Below, one piece after another: positions 54,918 to 55,679 of a stretch of DNA of 55,679 nucleotides. Position 1 is the stretch's first letter; each line of letters begins with the position of its first letter. The stretch covers positions 1-55,679 of the forward strand of contig CALJYH010000121.1 of assembly GCA_937984095.1 (NCBI GenBank), written 5' to 3'. Made by a program: the position numbers and the translations under genes. This stretch comes from an uncultured Gammaproteobacteria bacterium (lineage in GTDB: Bacteria > Pseudomonadota > Gammaproteobacteria > GCA-001735895). The notes under the pieces were generated by a model. That model worked only from the letters and a program-made list of their open reading frames with translations, was not told the DNA's origin and made no database searches.

Positions 54918-55679
54918 CTAGCCAGACGGCAGTCTCAACTGGCTGATACTCCAGGCGCAGAAACCGAGAATCAGCATGAACACGATAATCATGCCATTCC
55001 ATCCCAGTCCTTCGAATAAATATCCCGGTAACCAGGAACCCAATGCACCGCTGAAGTAATAAATCGACACATAGAGCCCATTGACAACCCCTTTGTGTTC
55101 CTGCGCCAGGTGATTCGTCAGTCCCGATAGCAAGGCATGAATAAGGAAAAAACCTGCCGCCAGAAAGAACATCATCAAGACGAGTCCTTTAAACGCAACG
55201 AAAAGCAGCATTACCAGGCCAAAGCCATGAATCAAGAGCCCTAACCACAATCCTTTACGCTCATCATTCAACAGCTTGCTGATCGAATCACTGAAAAACG
55301 ATACCGGCGCTCCGACAAGATACCCAAGGTAAAGCAACGATATTATAAAGGGCGTGGCAGTGGCATCGATATTCTGCAGATGAAACGGAACAATGTTTAA
55401 TATCCCGGAAAACACGAAGAATACCGAGGCCAGGCTCAGAAACATGAAACGAAAGTTTCGATCGAGGAGTACCCGCGAAATGCTTTTCGGATCGAGCCGG
55501 GCAAAATTGATATCGGCGTCGGACTTTACCCAGGTTAACAGTAGCAACGGTATCAGCTGCATCAGGCCCATCACGACAAAAGCGCTGCGCCAGTCGAAGG
55601 AACTCGCGAATACACCCCCCATCAGGCGGCCGCTGAAGCCACCCAGGATCGTCGCGCCAATATAAAATCCCATCGCGCG
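54918..55679 (-). CDS. MFS transporter, 5' end beyond the window
   Basis: About eight hydrophobic helices. The reading frame stays open to the window edge. Confidence 0.75.
   Translation of the reverse strand, partial: RAMGFYIGATILGGFSGRLMGGVFASSFDWRSAFVVMGLMQLIPLLLLTWVKSDADINFARLDPKSISRVLLDRNFRFMFLSLASVFFVFSGILNIVPFHLQNIDATATPFIISLLYLGYLVGAPVSFFSDSISKLLNDERKGLWLGLLIHGFGLVMLLFVAFKGLVLMMFFLAAGFFLIHALLSGLTNHLAQEHKGVVNGLYVSIYYFSGALGSWLPGYLFEGLGWNGMIIVFMLILGFCAWSISQLRLPSG

Noticed and set aside
1-55679. CRISPR arrays, tRNA/rRNA genes, prophage or defence-system gene sets
   Set aside because: No regularly spaced direct repeats, no cloverleaf-like or rRNA-like segments, and no nuclease/helicase/ATPase defence-type ORFs were seen. 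The intergenic regions are short and are accounted for by promoters, terminators or the repeats listed.

Overview
The window looks like chromosomal DNA from an aerobic or microaerobic gammaproteobacterium, possibly a marine one. That assignment is a guess from gene content and mid-range GC. All family calls were made by eye from motifs I remember, with no database search.

Layout:
- 1-7.4 kb: an AT-richer mosaic. It holds orphan ORFs, an MBL hydrolase, a Tat-signal MsrB, nadA, two small cassette-like ORFs followed by attC-like palindromes, and four copies of an unclassified repeat.
- 7.4-14.2 kb: a co-directional run of a secreted dienelactone-hydrolase/MBL fusion, a copper amine oxidase, choline sulfatase and an amidase.
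- 14.3-30.2 kb: an oxygen-response block. It contains hemN, ccoS-ccoI, yip1-ccoNOQP-ccoGH, fnr, a FixL-like haem-PAS kinase with a NarL/FixJ-type regulator, hsp20 and a tandem Usp. Five FNR-type boxes lie at promoter positions.
- 30.2-34.7 kb: two PhyH dioxygenases and a ureohydrolase, facing a GatC-like/amidase pair.
- 35.6-41.1 kb: a CDGSH protein, an exported deaminase, and a tightly coupled lysW-lysX-lysY-(Ntn amidotransferase-like)-lysZ-lysJ operon.
- 41.2-55.7 kb: pckA, a CocE/NonD hydrolase, a solitary RayT transposase and assorted metabolic genes, including a third PhyH paralogue.

The strongest candidate for something new is the LysW amino-group-carrier operon. Its carrier ends in Gln rather than Glu, and the operon carries an embedded class II amidotransferase-like gene. 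No rRNA, tRNA or CRISPR array was seen.
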